Made by a program: the position numbers and the translations under genes
IMG/VR virus record: IMGVR_UViG_3300018420_000021
Location: 1-58,797 of that record
Direction: 5' to 3' (one strand)
Length of the DNA: 58,797 nt
DNA from: a virus
Lineage: Duplodnaviria; Caudoviricetes
The notes under the pieces: generated by a model
The model's database searches: none
Told to the model about the DNA's origin: nothing
The model's input: only the letters and a program-made list of their open reading frames with translations
Shown here: in pieces, positions 18,070 through 26,219 of the stretch
Position numbering within the stretch: position 1 is the first letter of the stretch
Layout of the letters: the number at the start of each line of letters is the position of its first letter

Positions 18070-18450
18070 GCGATGTTGAAGCAATTCAAACGCTATACAG
18101 GACTCGGGGGCAGTACCCGACGCCTCCACCATAAACACATGAGGATATCATGAATTGGGATTGGCACTGGATTAGTTGGTTTAAAGGAACTCCTTTTCAA
18201 TGGGGCGATTTTAAATTAAATAGTGGAAATCCTTATAAAAGTTATAGATTTGGACCATTACTTATTCGTGTGTTTATGAGGGGGGCGAAATAGGATCGAC
18301 TGGTAGTTAATAGGAGAGTGGAGTCGTCCCGATGTAAGCTGGGTTAACGCGAACAATACTATAATTGCAAACGATAATTTTGCATCTGAGGATTTTGCCC
18401 TAGCGGCATAATTGCTCTGGGCGGGACCTGCCTGGAAACAGAAGTGCCAC
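18070..18450 (+). ncRNA. ssrA: Circularly permuted (two-piece) tmRNA, alphaproteobacterial type
   Basis: Acceptor piece with GGCAGTA T-loop ending CGCCTCCACCA (18131); coding piece starts GGGGGCGAAATAGGATCGAC (18281) giving G3:U70; tag ANDNFASEDFALAA* at 18367-18411; outer ends approximate. Confidence 0.93.
18150..18293 (+). CDS. 47-aa Trp/aromatic-rich ORF inside the tmRNA intervening sequence
   Basis: GAGGA RBS; MNWDWHWISWFKGTPFQWGDFKLNSGNPYKSYRFGPLLIRVFMRGAK*; stop lies in the tmRNA coding piece. Confidence 0.55.
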   Translation: MNWDWHWISWFKGTPFQWGDFKLNSGNPYKSYRFGPLLIRVFMRGAK

Positions 18451-18466
18451 TTTGATTTGGGGTAAA

Positions 18467-18616
18467 ATGAAAGTAGTTAAAGTTGACAACCGTTATCAAT
18501 ATATTGTTTATAGAGACGATGGTACAGTAGCTTTGGTTACATCTAATAGTAAAATTGCTCAAGACTATATTAAAAATAATACAATACGATCAGGTTATCA
18601 AGAAGACAACAAATGA
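18467..18616 (+). CDS. Small hypothetical protein (MKVVKVDNRYQYIVYRDDG..., 49 aa)
   Basis: Hand-translated; ATGA-coupled to next gene. Confidence 0.6.
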   Translation: MKVVKVDNRYQYIVYRDDGTVALVTSNSKIAQDYIKNNTIRSGYQEDNK

Positions 18617-19275
18617 GATATATTTGGATTAGTGGTGATAGTTTTTGTTGGCAACGAAAAAATCCAGAAACAGATTGGCCTCTTATACTAGCTAATCAAT
18701 TAGAACTAAAACTCGAAGGTGAAGGGTTTCCAGGACAACACTGGTGGCCCGTTATGAAAACTTTACTAGACTACGCTCAAACTGAAAAGTTCTCACGAAC
18801 CGAATATTTTATAATCTGCCACACAGACTGTGACAGACTTATTACACCACCTGATATTAAAATAGTTAGACAAGAGCAGTTTACACTTAAACAACGTGAA
18901 CACATCAGTGAAATATATTTCAAATATATCTACAGTAGAGAAATGATACAGTGGATGTCTGAGATGTATTTCAAAGATCTAAACCGAATACTAGCAGATA
19001 AAAAACCTATCTATCTAAACGTATTTGGTGAGCTTGGCGAAGGTTTTGAAACAGATAAGCATCTGTTTAATAGCATTTTAAACGGAATGAAAACGTCTCC
19101 AGATCAAAATCTCAGAGATTTTTGTATGCATGACTATGATGCATACGGGCCTGACACACACCCAAATCATTTTACACCTGATCAAAATCAAAAATTTGCT
19201 GACATACTGTTCAACAATATACAAAACTACACGCCTAATTCGTTTGTGCAAGATTTGGATTCGTTGCATAAATAA
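18613..19275 (+). CDS. SGNH/GDSL hydrolase-like protein
   Basis: N-terminal GDSF, C-terminal NH..P..N..FA. Confidence 0.65.
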   Translation: MRYIWISGDSFCWQRKNPETDWPLILANQLELKLEGEGFPGQHWWPVMKTLLDYAQTEKFSRTEYFIICHTDCDRLITPPDIKIVRQEQFTLKQREHISEIYFKYIYSREMIQWMSEMYFKDLNRILADKKPIYLNVFGELGEGFETDKHLFNSILNGMKTSPDQNLRDFCMHDYDAYGPDTHPNHFTPDQNQKFADILFNNIQNYTPNSFVQDLDSLHK

Positions 19276-19373
19276 TTCTACCAAATACATACAATTGGTA
19301 ACTTAGTAGTTGACATCGCTAAGTATTAACGTTATATTACAGTTATAACACAGACACACACAAGGAGAATATT

Positions 19374-19613
19374 ATGTCTACAAATAAAAACCCATTCGAA
19401 ATCCGTTTAGAACTACTAAAAATGGCTAAAGAGATGATGGATCGTCAGTATGAAGATCAGATCAACTTAGCACATCATGCTATGGAGCAGTTTAAAGAAC
19501 AAGGTCAGTCAGTAACTGAATTTTTTGAAACTTATACTCCAAAGATGTATCAGCCAAAAGAAGTCATGGAAAAAGCCAATGAGCTTTATACTTTTGTTAC
19601 TAAAAAGGACTAA
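19374..19613 (+). CDS. Conserved small phage protein (KNPFEIRLELLKMAK)
   Basis: Own TTGACA..TATATT promoter, AC-rich leader, AAGGAG RBS, downstream terminator. Confidence 0.8.
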   Translation: MSTNKNPFEIRLELLKMAKEMMDRQYEDQINLAHHAMEQFKEQGQSVTEFFETYTPKMYQPKEVMEKANELYTFVTKKD

Positions 19614-19635
19614 TACTTTTAATAACACCTAAGCG

Positions 19636-19664
19636 GTAATGGGCCCATTGGGCCCATTACTTTT
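19636..19664 (+). terminator. Intrinsic terminator
   Basis: GTAATGGGCCC-ATT-GGGCCCATTAC-TTTT. Confidence 0.8.
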
Positions 19665-19677
19665 ATAAGGAACTGGC

Positions 19678-20388
19678 ATGCAACACATATTGTTATTTGA
19701 TGTAGACGGAACACTTACTCCCAGTCGTCAACGAATCGATGAAGAATTTAGACTTTGGTTTTACGATTTCGTATGGAAACGTAATTATCATATAGGATTG
19801 GTTACAGGAAGTGACTATCCTAAAACAGTTGAACAACTTGGTAGAGAAATTTGTGAACGTGTTGGACGATCATTCAATTGTTTGGGCAATGATGTTTGGG
19901 CACAAGGTAAGAATGTCTATACTAATCCTTGGCACTTGCCAGCTGAAGCAGAATTCTTTCTATTAGAAAAACTTTTTCAAAGCAAATATCCTATTCGCAC
20001 AGGAACACACATTGAGCATAGACCCGGTCTATGCAACTTTAGTGTAGTTGGACGTGAAGCAACACAAGAACAGCGTCAAGAGTATCATGCGTTTGATAAC
20101 CAGGATGGCGAACGCATTCGTATTGCTACAGAACTAGGCGTTCACTTTCCAGACTTAGAAGCTCGTGTAGGCGGGGAAATATCAATTGATATCTATCCCA
20201 AAGGTGCCGACAAGCAACAGGTAATCGATACACTAGAAGGCGATTACACTATAAAGTATTTTGGTGATAGAACTGATCCAACAGGAAATGATCACACAAT
20301 CGCCCAGCGCATCATAAACGACAGGCTGGGCGATGTATATACAGTAACAGACTGGAAAGAAACTTGGGAGTTACTCCGTAGTCTTTAG
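19678..20388 (+). CDS. HAD-IIB phosphomannomutase (eukaryote PMM-like)
   Basis: FDVDGTLT, VTGSD, IEHR..LCNFSVVGR, GGEISIDI.PKG.DK, FGDRT..GND. Confidence 0.88.
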   Translation: MQHILLFDVDGTLTPSRQRIDEEFRLWFYDFVWKRNYHIGLVTGSDYPKTVEQLGREICERVGRSFNCLGNDVWAQGKNVYTNPWHLPAEAEFFLLEKLFQSKYPIRTGTHIEHRPGLCNFSVVGREATQEQRQEYHAFDNQDGERIRIATELGVHFPDLEARVGGEISIDIYPKGADKQQVIDTLEGDYTIKYFGDRTDPTGNDHTIAQRIINDRLGDVYTVTDWKETWELLRSL

Positions 20389-20855
20389 TTCCACCATGGA
20401 TGGTTATGGCTGTAACGTCTTTCGTTGTTATATCCATAATTATATGCATGTTGCATTTCATGTCGATTCTGACCTGCTCTACAAGCCTGTCTATTACGTG
20501 CTTTGTGATAACGTAAGCATGGATCAAAGTTTTGAGGCTGTTGGTATATCACACGTTGCTTTGGACGGTGTGGTCTATGAATATCATGATATTCAACAGT
20601 TTCTCTGTATACTCGACGAGTATGATGGTTGTGTCTGTGGTTGGCAATGTTATCACCAACTACGGCACCTAAGAGTGTACCGCCAATAATAGCAACGTTA
20701 CGATTCTTATGCCCTTTGGTAATAGTACTTCCTAGTATACCACCAACAATACCACCTAGCAACAGACCTGATTGGTCGTCTGCTTTGGCTGTACTAACAT
20801 TAGCAGTTGCTAAAGCTAGTGCGGAAGTAGCTATAATAAGAGATTTTTTAAACAT
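20385..20855 (-). CDS. Secreted/membrane glycine-zipper 2TM protein
   Basis: Signal peptide, GGIVGGILGS and GGTLLGAVVG; AGGAG RBS. Confidence 0.75.
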   Translation of the reverse strand: MFKKSLIIATSALALATANVSTAKADDQSGLLLGGIVGGILGSTITKGHKNRNVAIIGGTLLGAVVGDNIANHRHNHHTRRVYRETVEYHDIHRPHRPKQRVIYQQPQNFDPCLRYHKARNRQACRAGQNRHEMQHAYNYGYNNERRYSHNHPWWN

Positions 20856-21031
20856 GTGCTCTCCTTCTGATATTTAACTTTATTACTTAGCTTATATATT
20901 AATATACTATAATATAATAGGTTTGTCAACCAAAAAAAAACCGTTTAGAAAAACTAAACGGACATGTTGGCGCCTTATCCCAACTTGCGAATCTTTTTGT
21001 TAAAAATATTTATCTTTTTTGCATTTTTTGG

Positions 21032-21078
21032 TTGACTTTCGGCTATTTGGTGCTATACTGTATATAACAGTTAGGAAA
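21032..21078 (+). promoter_or_regulatory. Early sigma70-type promoter with conserved 28-bp -10/leader block
   Basis: TTGACT-16-TATACT; TGCTATACTGTATATAACAGTTAGGAAA identical to 55768-55795. Confidence 0.8.
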
Positions 21079-21092
21079 TAGGAGAACAACAG

Positions 21093-21425
21093 ATGACAAA
21101 GACTTTCGAACAAGAAATGGATTACTTTAACAACTACAAAGATGCTAATGGTTTTGAAGCTATTTTTAGCATGTACGATGAAGGAATTGAATTCGATAAG
21201 CCTCATAACATCAAAACTCCAATGGTCATTCGTAATAAGTGTGATGTTTGGGGTTATGATACTTCTGCTGTTTGTACTGGTAAAACATGGGGTGATGTCT
21301 ACCAAGCATGTGATGCGGCAATTCGAAATGCCGTTGATAGTGAAGGTAACAGAGACCACCACGTTTTTATTGAAGATCTTGAAGTTCAAGATGATGGTTC
21401 ATGGAAGCTAGTAACTGGTTCTTAA
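21093..21425 (+). CDS. Hypothetical early protein
   Basis: 110 aa, AGGAG RBS. Confidence 0.75.
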   Translation: MTKTFEQEMDYFNNYKDANGFEAIFSMYDEGIEFDKPHNIKTPMVIRNKCDVWGYDTSAVCTGKTWGDVYQACDAAIRNAVDSEGNRDHHVFIEDLEVQDDGSWKLVTGS

Positions 21426-21531
21426 CTAACTGATATGGGCCCGATGCGAGGGCCCGTGTCAAACACTGCATCGAAGTGATTAACGCCCATGGAGATGTAG
21501 ACGAAACGTATATACTATACAAAGGAGATGT

Positions 21532-21607
21532 TCCTGGATAGCTCAGTTGGTAGAGCAAGCGGCTGTTAACCGCTCGGTCGTAGGTTCGAGTCCTACTCCA
21601 GGAGCCA
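21532..21607 (+). tRNA. tRNA-Asn(GTT)
   Basis: Cloverleaf, loop CTGTTAA, CCA end. Confidence 0.95.
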
Positions 21608-21612
21608 ACAAA

Positions 21613-21647
21613 GTTAGACGGAGCTACGGCTTCGTCTAACAGTTTTT
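21613..21647 (+). terminator. Hairpin/terminator with UACG tetraloop
   Basis: GTTAGACGGAGC-TACG-GCTTCGTCTAAC-AGTTTTT. Confidence 0.7.
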
Positions 21648-21659
21648 AAGGATGGAATT

Positions 21660-22031
21660 ATGAATACAGTTGTAATGGTCACTATGCTCGCAGGAGCAAT
21701 TATTGGAAGAGCAGAATTTGCTGATATGGATACGTGCTTGAAACAAGCAGAGCATGTTCGCACTCAGAGCGTTGCCGCACAAATGGCTAAAAATTTTCCT
21801 GATAGTCACGGAGAATGGATGGATGTTGCTTGTACCTATCATGTCAAAGAGCCTAACTTTAGCAAGTATACTAAGAACCTAGTAGAAATTTTAGACTTGT
21901 TAATGATGGATCAGATTACTGCTGAAGAAGCTTCAGATCGCATTGGCGTAGATTCTTTGAAGATTTTAGAAGAACTTGAAGAATATAATCGTATTCAAGG
22001 AATGGTTAATCAACAAAATCTAAGGAAATAG
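21660..22031 (+). CDS. Hypothetical protein
   Basis: 123-aa ORF, hydrophobic N-terminus. Confidence 0.7.
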   Translation: MNTVVMVTMLAGAIIGRAEFADMDTCLKQAEHVRTQSVAAQMAKNFPDSHGEWMDVACTYHVKEPNFSKYTKNLVEILDLLMMDQITAEEASDRIGVDSLKILEELEEYNRIQGMVNQQNLRK

Positions 22032-22033
22032 AT

Positions 22034-22393
22034 ATGAGCATGCATCTTGTTGGTCCATACATGACCACTACAAACTATAAAAAGCGCAAGGCTAAGAAAA
22101 AGACCAAATCGCAACTTGAAGCTGAAGCACGTCATGCAAAGTTTCTCAAGAGTGTTGGTTATACTGGCAACAACAACGACTATCGTTCTGCGATGCCCAA
22201 CTACAAATCAGATCGCAACATTGCTCCAACGTCAGATGTGATTGCCACACACAACTCTGCGACGGCAAAGAAACAGCCCAAGGTATATACAGGTACACTT
22301 ATCAAAGGTATTGCAACCATGCACAAAAGTAATGCCGTTCCTGTAACCAGCAGAGAAGATGCTATTGCAGTTTCGAATATGAGGAGAGGTTAA
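22034..22393 (+). CDS. Conserved basic phage protein (YTG..IKGIATMHKSNAVPV)
   Basis: Motif typical of a T4-like conserved hypothetical protein. Confidence 0.75.
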   Translation: MSMHLVGPYMTTTNYKKRKAKKKTKSQLEAEARHAKFLKSVGYTGNNNDYRSAMPNYKSDRNIAPTSDVIATHNSATAKKQPKVYTGTLIKGIATMHKSNAVPVTSREDAIAVSNMRRG

Positions 22394-22755
22394 TGAGAAA
22401 ATTTGTTTATGATTCGTGGAATGGGGTTATGAATGCTGACATGAATCCTTTAAAGCACATTCCAGATTTACATGTTAGGCACATGGTATTACAGGTTCTA
22501 GCATGGATGTGGTGTCTAATTTTTGCAATGATCGTAGGTAGCTGGACAGTATGGGGAATTAGTGTAATTTCACATCTACTCTTTATTGCAGGCATCGTAG
22601 TAACTGTAGGAACATTTGCAACAGCGAAACAAGCACCAAATAGTTTTAATTTTATTAAAGGCTATCATAGTTTAGGAAGAAGCCGCGGAACTATCTGGGT
22701 AGACGGCAAACGTGTAACATTACCTAAAGGAGATCCTGGTGGCGAACACGAATAA
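22393..22755 (+). CDS. Hypothetical membrane protein
   Basis: Two TM segments; translationally coupled. Confidence 0.75.
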   Translation: MRKFVYDSWNGVMNADMNPLKHIPDLHVRHMVLQVLAWMWCLIFAMIVGSWTVWGISVISHLLFIAGIVVTVGTFATAKQAPNSFNFIKGYHSLGRSRGTIWVDGKRVTLPKGDPGGEHE

Positions 22756-23003
22756 TGAAAACAATAATACACATAAACAAAAATCTAAAACAGTCAAACG
22801 ACAAACACGGTAGAACTCTGCCTGTGTGTCGTGTTGAAGTAGAAGGCCAGACTTGGTATGGAAGTAGTGTAGATATACTTGGACCAAGTTCTATGATATA
22901 CTCACCAGACAAACCTAGAAAGTGTGGTGCAAAACTTTGGATCGAAACTGATGCTAAAGTTGTTATACATGATAAAACAACATTTAAAGAAATGAAGTCA
23001 TGA
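22755..23003 (+). CDS. Conserved small phage protein (IHIN...CGAKLWIET)
   Basis: 82 aa, coupled. Confidence 0.7.
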   Translation: MKTIIHINKNLKQSNDKHGRTLPVCRVEVEGQTWYGSSVDILGPSSMIYSPDKPRKCGAKLWIETDAKVVIHDKTTFKEMKS

Positions 23004-23106
23004 AGATAAAAAGGTGTGGTGTAATCTTTAAAAATCGCCGATCCTACTAAATATTGTATACAGAATAGTTTTAGAAGCTAGGACAGGAATGTATACTACA
23101 AAAGTT

Positions 23107-23138
23107 AAACCGCTACTTTTTAAGTAGCGGTTTTTTTT
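23107..23138 (+). terminator. Intrinsic terminator
   Basis: AAACCGCTACTT-TTT-AAGTAGCGGTTT followed by T run. Confidence 0.85.
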
Positions 23139-23145
23139 ATAAATA
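23138..23145 (+). promoter_or_regulatory. T4-type late promoter for curli-like operon
   Basis: Exact TATAAATA about 20 bp before csgF. Confidence 0.75.
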
Positions 23146-23166
23146 CGACTGGGGAGTGAAGGATTT

Positions 23167-23613
23167 ATGAAAACTGTATTAACTACAGCGATTTTCTGCT
23201 TGATAGTCTTTGGGCAAGCATTTGCTAGTGAACTAACACATTCATGGTCAAGTCCTACGTTTAGTGGACAAGGATACAGTAGTCATGTATTGACTATTGA
23301 AAACCTAACACATCAACGAAAAAAGGATCTTAAGTCTGCTGAAGAATCTGCCAAGCGTGAAGCAGAACGTGATGCTGAAAATACAAACATAAACAAATTC
23401 CTTAGAAACTTTGAAAGTCGCGTTTATGCTGAATTGAGTAAACAACTTAGTGAGAAACTATTTGGCGAATCAGCTGAAGACAGCGGCACTATCGAAATAA
23501 TGGGAAATACCATTGAGTATAGCAGTGATGGATCAGTTGTAACTATGATTGTAACTGATGCTGATGGAACTACTACTACTCTTACAGTACCACTAAGTGG
23601 ATTTGGGTTTTAA
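23167..23613 (+). CDS. csgF: Curli assembly protein CsgF-like
   Basis: Signal peptide; mature N-terminus SEL...SPTFSG (cf. M.F.F.NP.FGG); F...ESR..A.LS..L; TDADGTTT.LTVP. Confidence 0.8.
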   Translation: MKTVLTTAIFCLIVFGQAFASELTHSWSSPTFSGQGYSSHVLTIENLTHQRKKDLKSAEESAKREAERDAENTNINKFLRNFESRVYAELSKQLSEKLFGESAEDSGTIEIMGNTIEYSSDGSVVTMIVTDADGTTTTLTVPLSGFGF

Positions 23614-24452
23614 TGTTAAAGATTTTAGCAACTATATTATTTGCATTTAGTTTGACTGGGTGTGCAGGTACACTTAGCAAAGTTTCGCCTCCTAGTACTG
23701 CAATTACACCTGTAACCAAAGGACTCAAAGACTTTCCTAAAATTGGCAATGGCAAACCAGTAGTTGTAGCAGTATACAGTTTTACAGATAAAACAGGGCA
23801 ACGCAAGCCTTCAGATTCATTTAGCAATATCAGTACTGCGGTAACTCAAGGTGCAGAAATATATTTAATAAAAGCACTAGATGACCTAGCCGACGGAGGT
23901 TTCTTTGATGTAGTTGAACGTGGAGGAATGGAGAGTCTGGTTAAAGAACGACAGATTATTAGACAAGCAAGAGAAAAGTTTAATCCCGAAAAAGGATTAG
24001 GACCACTTAAATTTGCTGGTGTTATTATAGAAGGTGGTGTTGTAGGATACGACACAAACAAATACACAGGCGGAGTAGGCGCTCGTGTAATGGGAATAGG
24101 CCCACGAACAGAATGGCGTGTAGATGTTGTTACTGTAGGTATTAGAGCAGTAAGTGTTCTAACAGGCGAAGTTTTACTAGCAGTAAGTGCAGAAAAAACA
24201 ATTATAAGCACTGCTACTGCTATTAATGTTTTCAAGTTCTATGATCTTGGAACAAAGGTACTTGAGATTGAGGCAGGTACTTCTACGAATGAACCTGTAA
24301 ACTATGCTGTAAGACAAGCAATAGAATACGGAGTAATTCAAATGGTCAAGGAAGGAAAAAGAAAAGGATACTGGAATTTCGATAGTACAAAGATTCCAGA
24401 AAAATTTATTGAAAAAGAGGACCGTTTAAACATAACAAAAGTTAAAAAATAA
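23613..24452 (+). CDS. csgG: Curli secretion channel CsgG-like lipoprotein
   Basis: Lipobox LTGC; VAVYSFTDKTGQRKP, STAVTQGA, FDVVER, L.KERQIIR, EGGVVGYD, NEPV. Confidence 0.92.
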   Translation: MLKILATILFAFSLTGCAGTLSKVSPPSTAITPVTKGLKDFPKIGNGKPVVVAVYSFTDKTGQRKPSDSFSNISTAVTQGAEIYLIKALDDLADGGFFDVVERGGMESLVKERQIIRQAREKFNPEKGLGPLKFAGVIIEGGVVGYDTNKYTGGVGARVMGIGPRTEWRVDVVTVGIRAVSVLTGEVLLAVSAEKTIISTATAINVFKFYDLGTKVLEIEAGTSTNEPVNYAVRQAIEYGVIQMVKEGKRKGYWNFDSTKIPEKFIEKEDRLNITKVKK

Positions 24453-24478
24453 ACGTCACTCTGGGAGGAGCAACTACG

Positions 24479-25183
24479 ATGAGAAGCGTAGTATTAGGAG
24501 GAGCAGTTATTATACTTTCAGCAATGTTAAGTCCAGCATTTGCTGATAACTTGATCTATATGGATCAGTCAGGTAGTAATGCCTCTATTAACATTAATCA
24601 GGACGGTTCAAGTAACCGTGTTGGTGCAAGTGGTGATGACAGCGTCAGTGACGGTGCTACAACCACTATGGACATCGATCAAGTTGGTACAAGCAACGAA
24701 TTAGATTATGATATCTATGGCGATAACGCCAACATTACTTCTAACATAACCGGTAATTCATCAGACGTTGATGTACAGGTTGGTACTACAGGTGGTAGCA
24801 ACGGTGGATCAGACGATGTTAACATTACTATTAACGCAAGTGGCGGTAACTCAAACACAGTTAGTACTAATGTAGGATCAGTTGATAGTGGCGTTGATGA
24901 TGTTGACATTGATGTTGATATTACTGGCGGAAGTAACAGTGTAACAATTACAGAAAATTCAACAGCAACGAGTATTACAGACAAGCTCACAGATGTTGAT
25001 ATTATTGGTAGCACTAACACTGTAACAATTACTAAAAGTGGTGCATCACAGCATGATACCACAATCAATCAAACAGGTTCGAGCAGTACATTTAGCGTGA
25101 ACCAATCAGGAGCGGAAGCGAGTACTGTAGATGTTACAACGTCAGGGTCTAGTTCTAGCGTTACTATTACTGTTACAGATTAA
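24479..25183 (+). CDS. Secreted curlin-repeat (CsgA/CsgB-like) beta-solenoid protein
   Basis: Signal peptide; repeats of I-x-Q/x-x-G-x-x-N; S/T/N/D/G-rich. Confidence 0.7.
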   Translation: MRSVVLGGAVIILSAMLSPAFADNLIYMDQSGSNASININQDGSSNRVGASGDDSVSDGATTTMDIDQVGTSNELDYDIYGDNANITSNITGNSSDVDVQVGTTGGSNGGSDDVNITINASGGNSNTVSTNVGSVDSGVDDVDIDVDITGGSNSVTITENSTATSITDKLTDVDIIGSTNTVTITKSGASQHDTTINQTGSSSTFSVNQSGAEASTVDVTTSGSSSSVTITVTD

Positions 25184-26219
25184 TTCTGTAACCGTGGCGC
25201 ATGCCGCAGTAGGAAAAGTTGAACAGCAGATAGGAACTGCTGAAGTGTTTCGTGGTGGCGGCAAGAACACCAGCGAAATAGGCTTTGGCATCGAAATGCA
25301 AGATGATGTCAGAACAGGCAACGGTGTTGTAGGTATAGGATTTGAAGATAAAACAAAAGTTCGTGTTGACAAACACTCAAAGTTAGTTATAGATGATTTC
25401 ATCTATGACCCCAAGAAACCTAATGCAAGCAAACTAGGATTAAAAATTGCGCTAGGTACAGTCCGATACGCCAGTGGACTTATTGCTAAACAGAACCAAC
25501 AGTCTGTTAGTATCCGCACTCCCACTGCTTCTATTGGTGTCAGAGGAACAGCATTTAGTATGACCGTGGATGAAATTGGTCGTTCATTGGTCATACTATT
25601 GCCAAATCCAGACGGCTCAGTAGGTGAGATTTCTGTCACCAGTGATATTGGAACTGTAATTATGAATCAAGCATTTCAAGCAACACTAGTAACTGCCACC
25701 GAACGAGCCCCTGTAAAACCAGTAATCTTAGATCTAACAGAAGCACAAATTAATAATCTTTTAATAATCAATCGTCCACGTAAAATTGAAAAAGAATACG
25801 AGACTGATGATCAATCAACCAACATATTAGATTTCAACGAGTTGGATATAGACTTACTGGCTAACAATGAGCTTGAAGAAGAACAGCTAGTATTTACAAG
25901 ACTAGATTTTAACTTATTAGATGTTGATCTACTGGCTAATATACTAGACATTCTGAATCAGAGACTTTACGAAACCGTAGATCGTTTTCCTAAGGATCCA
26001 ATTGTGGCAGGTGCTTATGAACAAGGTAGCACACAGATATTTGGTGGCGATGGAGAAGAATGGGAAATATATAGACAAGTTGATGGGCGTGTTGTAAGCA
26101 TTGTCACTCCTAGTTCACAAGGCACTAGAATAACATTAAATCAGGCAGGAGTACCTGAACTGGTTCTTCATACTACAGAAGGCGGAAATGATTCTCAAAT
26201 TTTTATTACTCAAAATTAG
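25131..26219 (+). CDS. Secreted FecR-domain protein
   Basis: Signal peptide; D.VRTG, I.FEDKT.VRV..HSKLVID.F.YDP, IRTPTASIGVRGTAF. Confidence 0.85.
   Translation: MLQRQGLVLALLLLLQINSVTVAHAAVGKVEQQIGTAEVFRGGGKNTSEIGFGIEMQDDVRTGNGVVGIGFEDKTKVRVDKHSKLVIDDFIYDPKKPNASKLGLKIALGTVRYASGLIAKQNQQSVSIRTPTASIGVRGTAFSMTVDEIGRSLVILLPNPDGSVGEISVTSDIGTVIMNQAFQATLVTATERAPVKPVILDLTEAQINNLLIINRPRKIEKEYETDDQSTNILDFNELDIDLLANNELEEEQLVFTRLDFNLLDVDLLANILDILNQRLYETVDRFPKDPIVAGAYEQGSTQIFGGDGEEWEIYRQVDGRVVSIVTPSSQGTRITLNQAGVPELVLHTTEGGNDSQIFITQN

Noticed and set aside
18132-18280. tmRNA spacer as a group I intron or integrated mobile element
   Set aside because: No recognisable P7/core motifs, no integrase and no att duplication; the layout fits a permuted ssrA
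21057-21071. ACTGTATATAACAGT as an E. coli-type LexA box
   Set aside because: CTGT-N5-ACAG rather than N8, and alphaproteobacterial LexA uses a different motif
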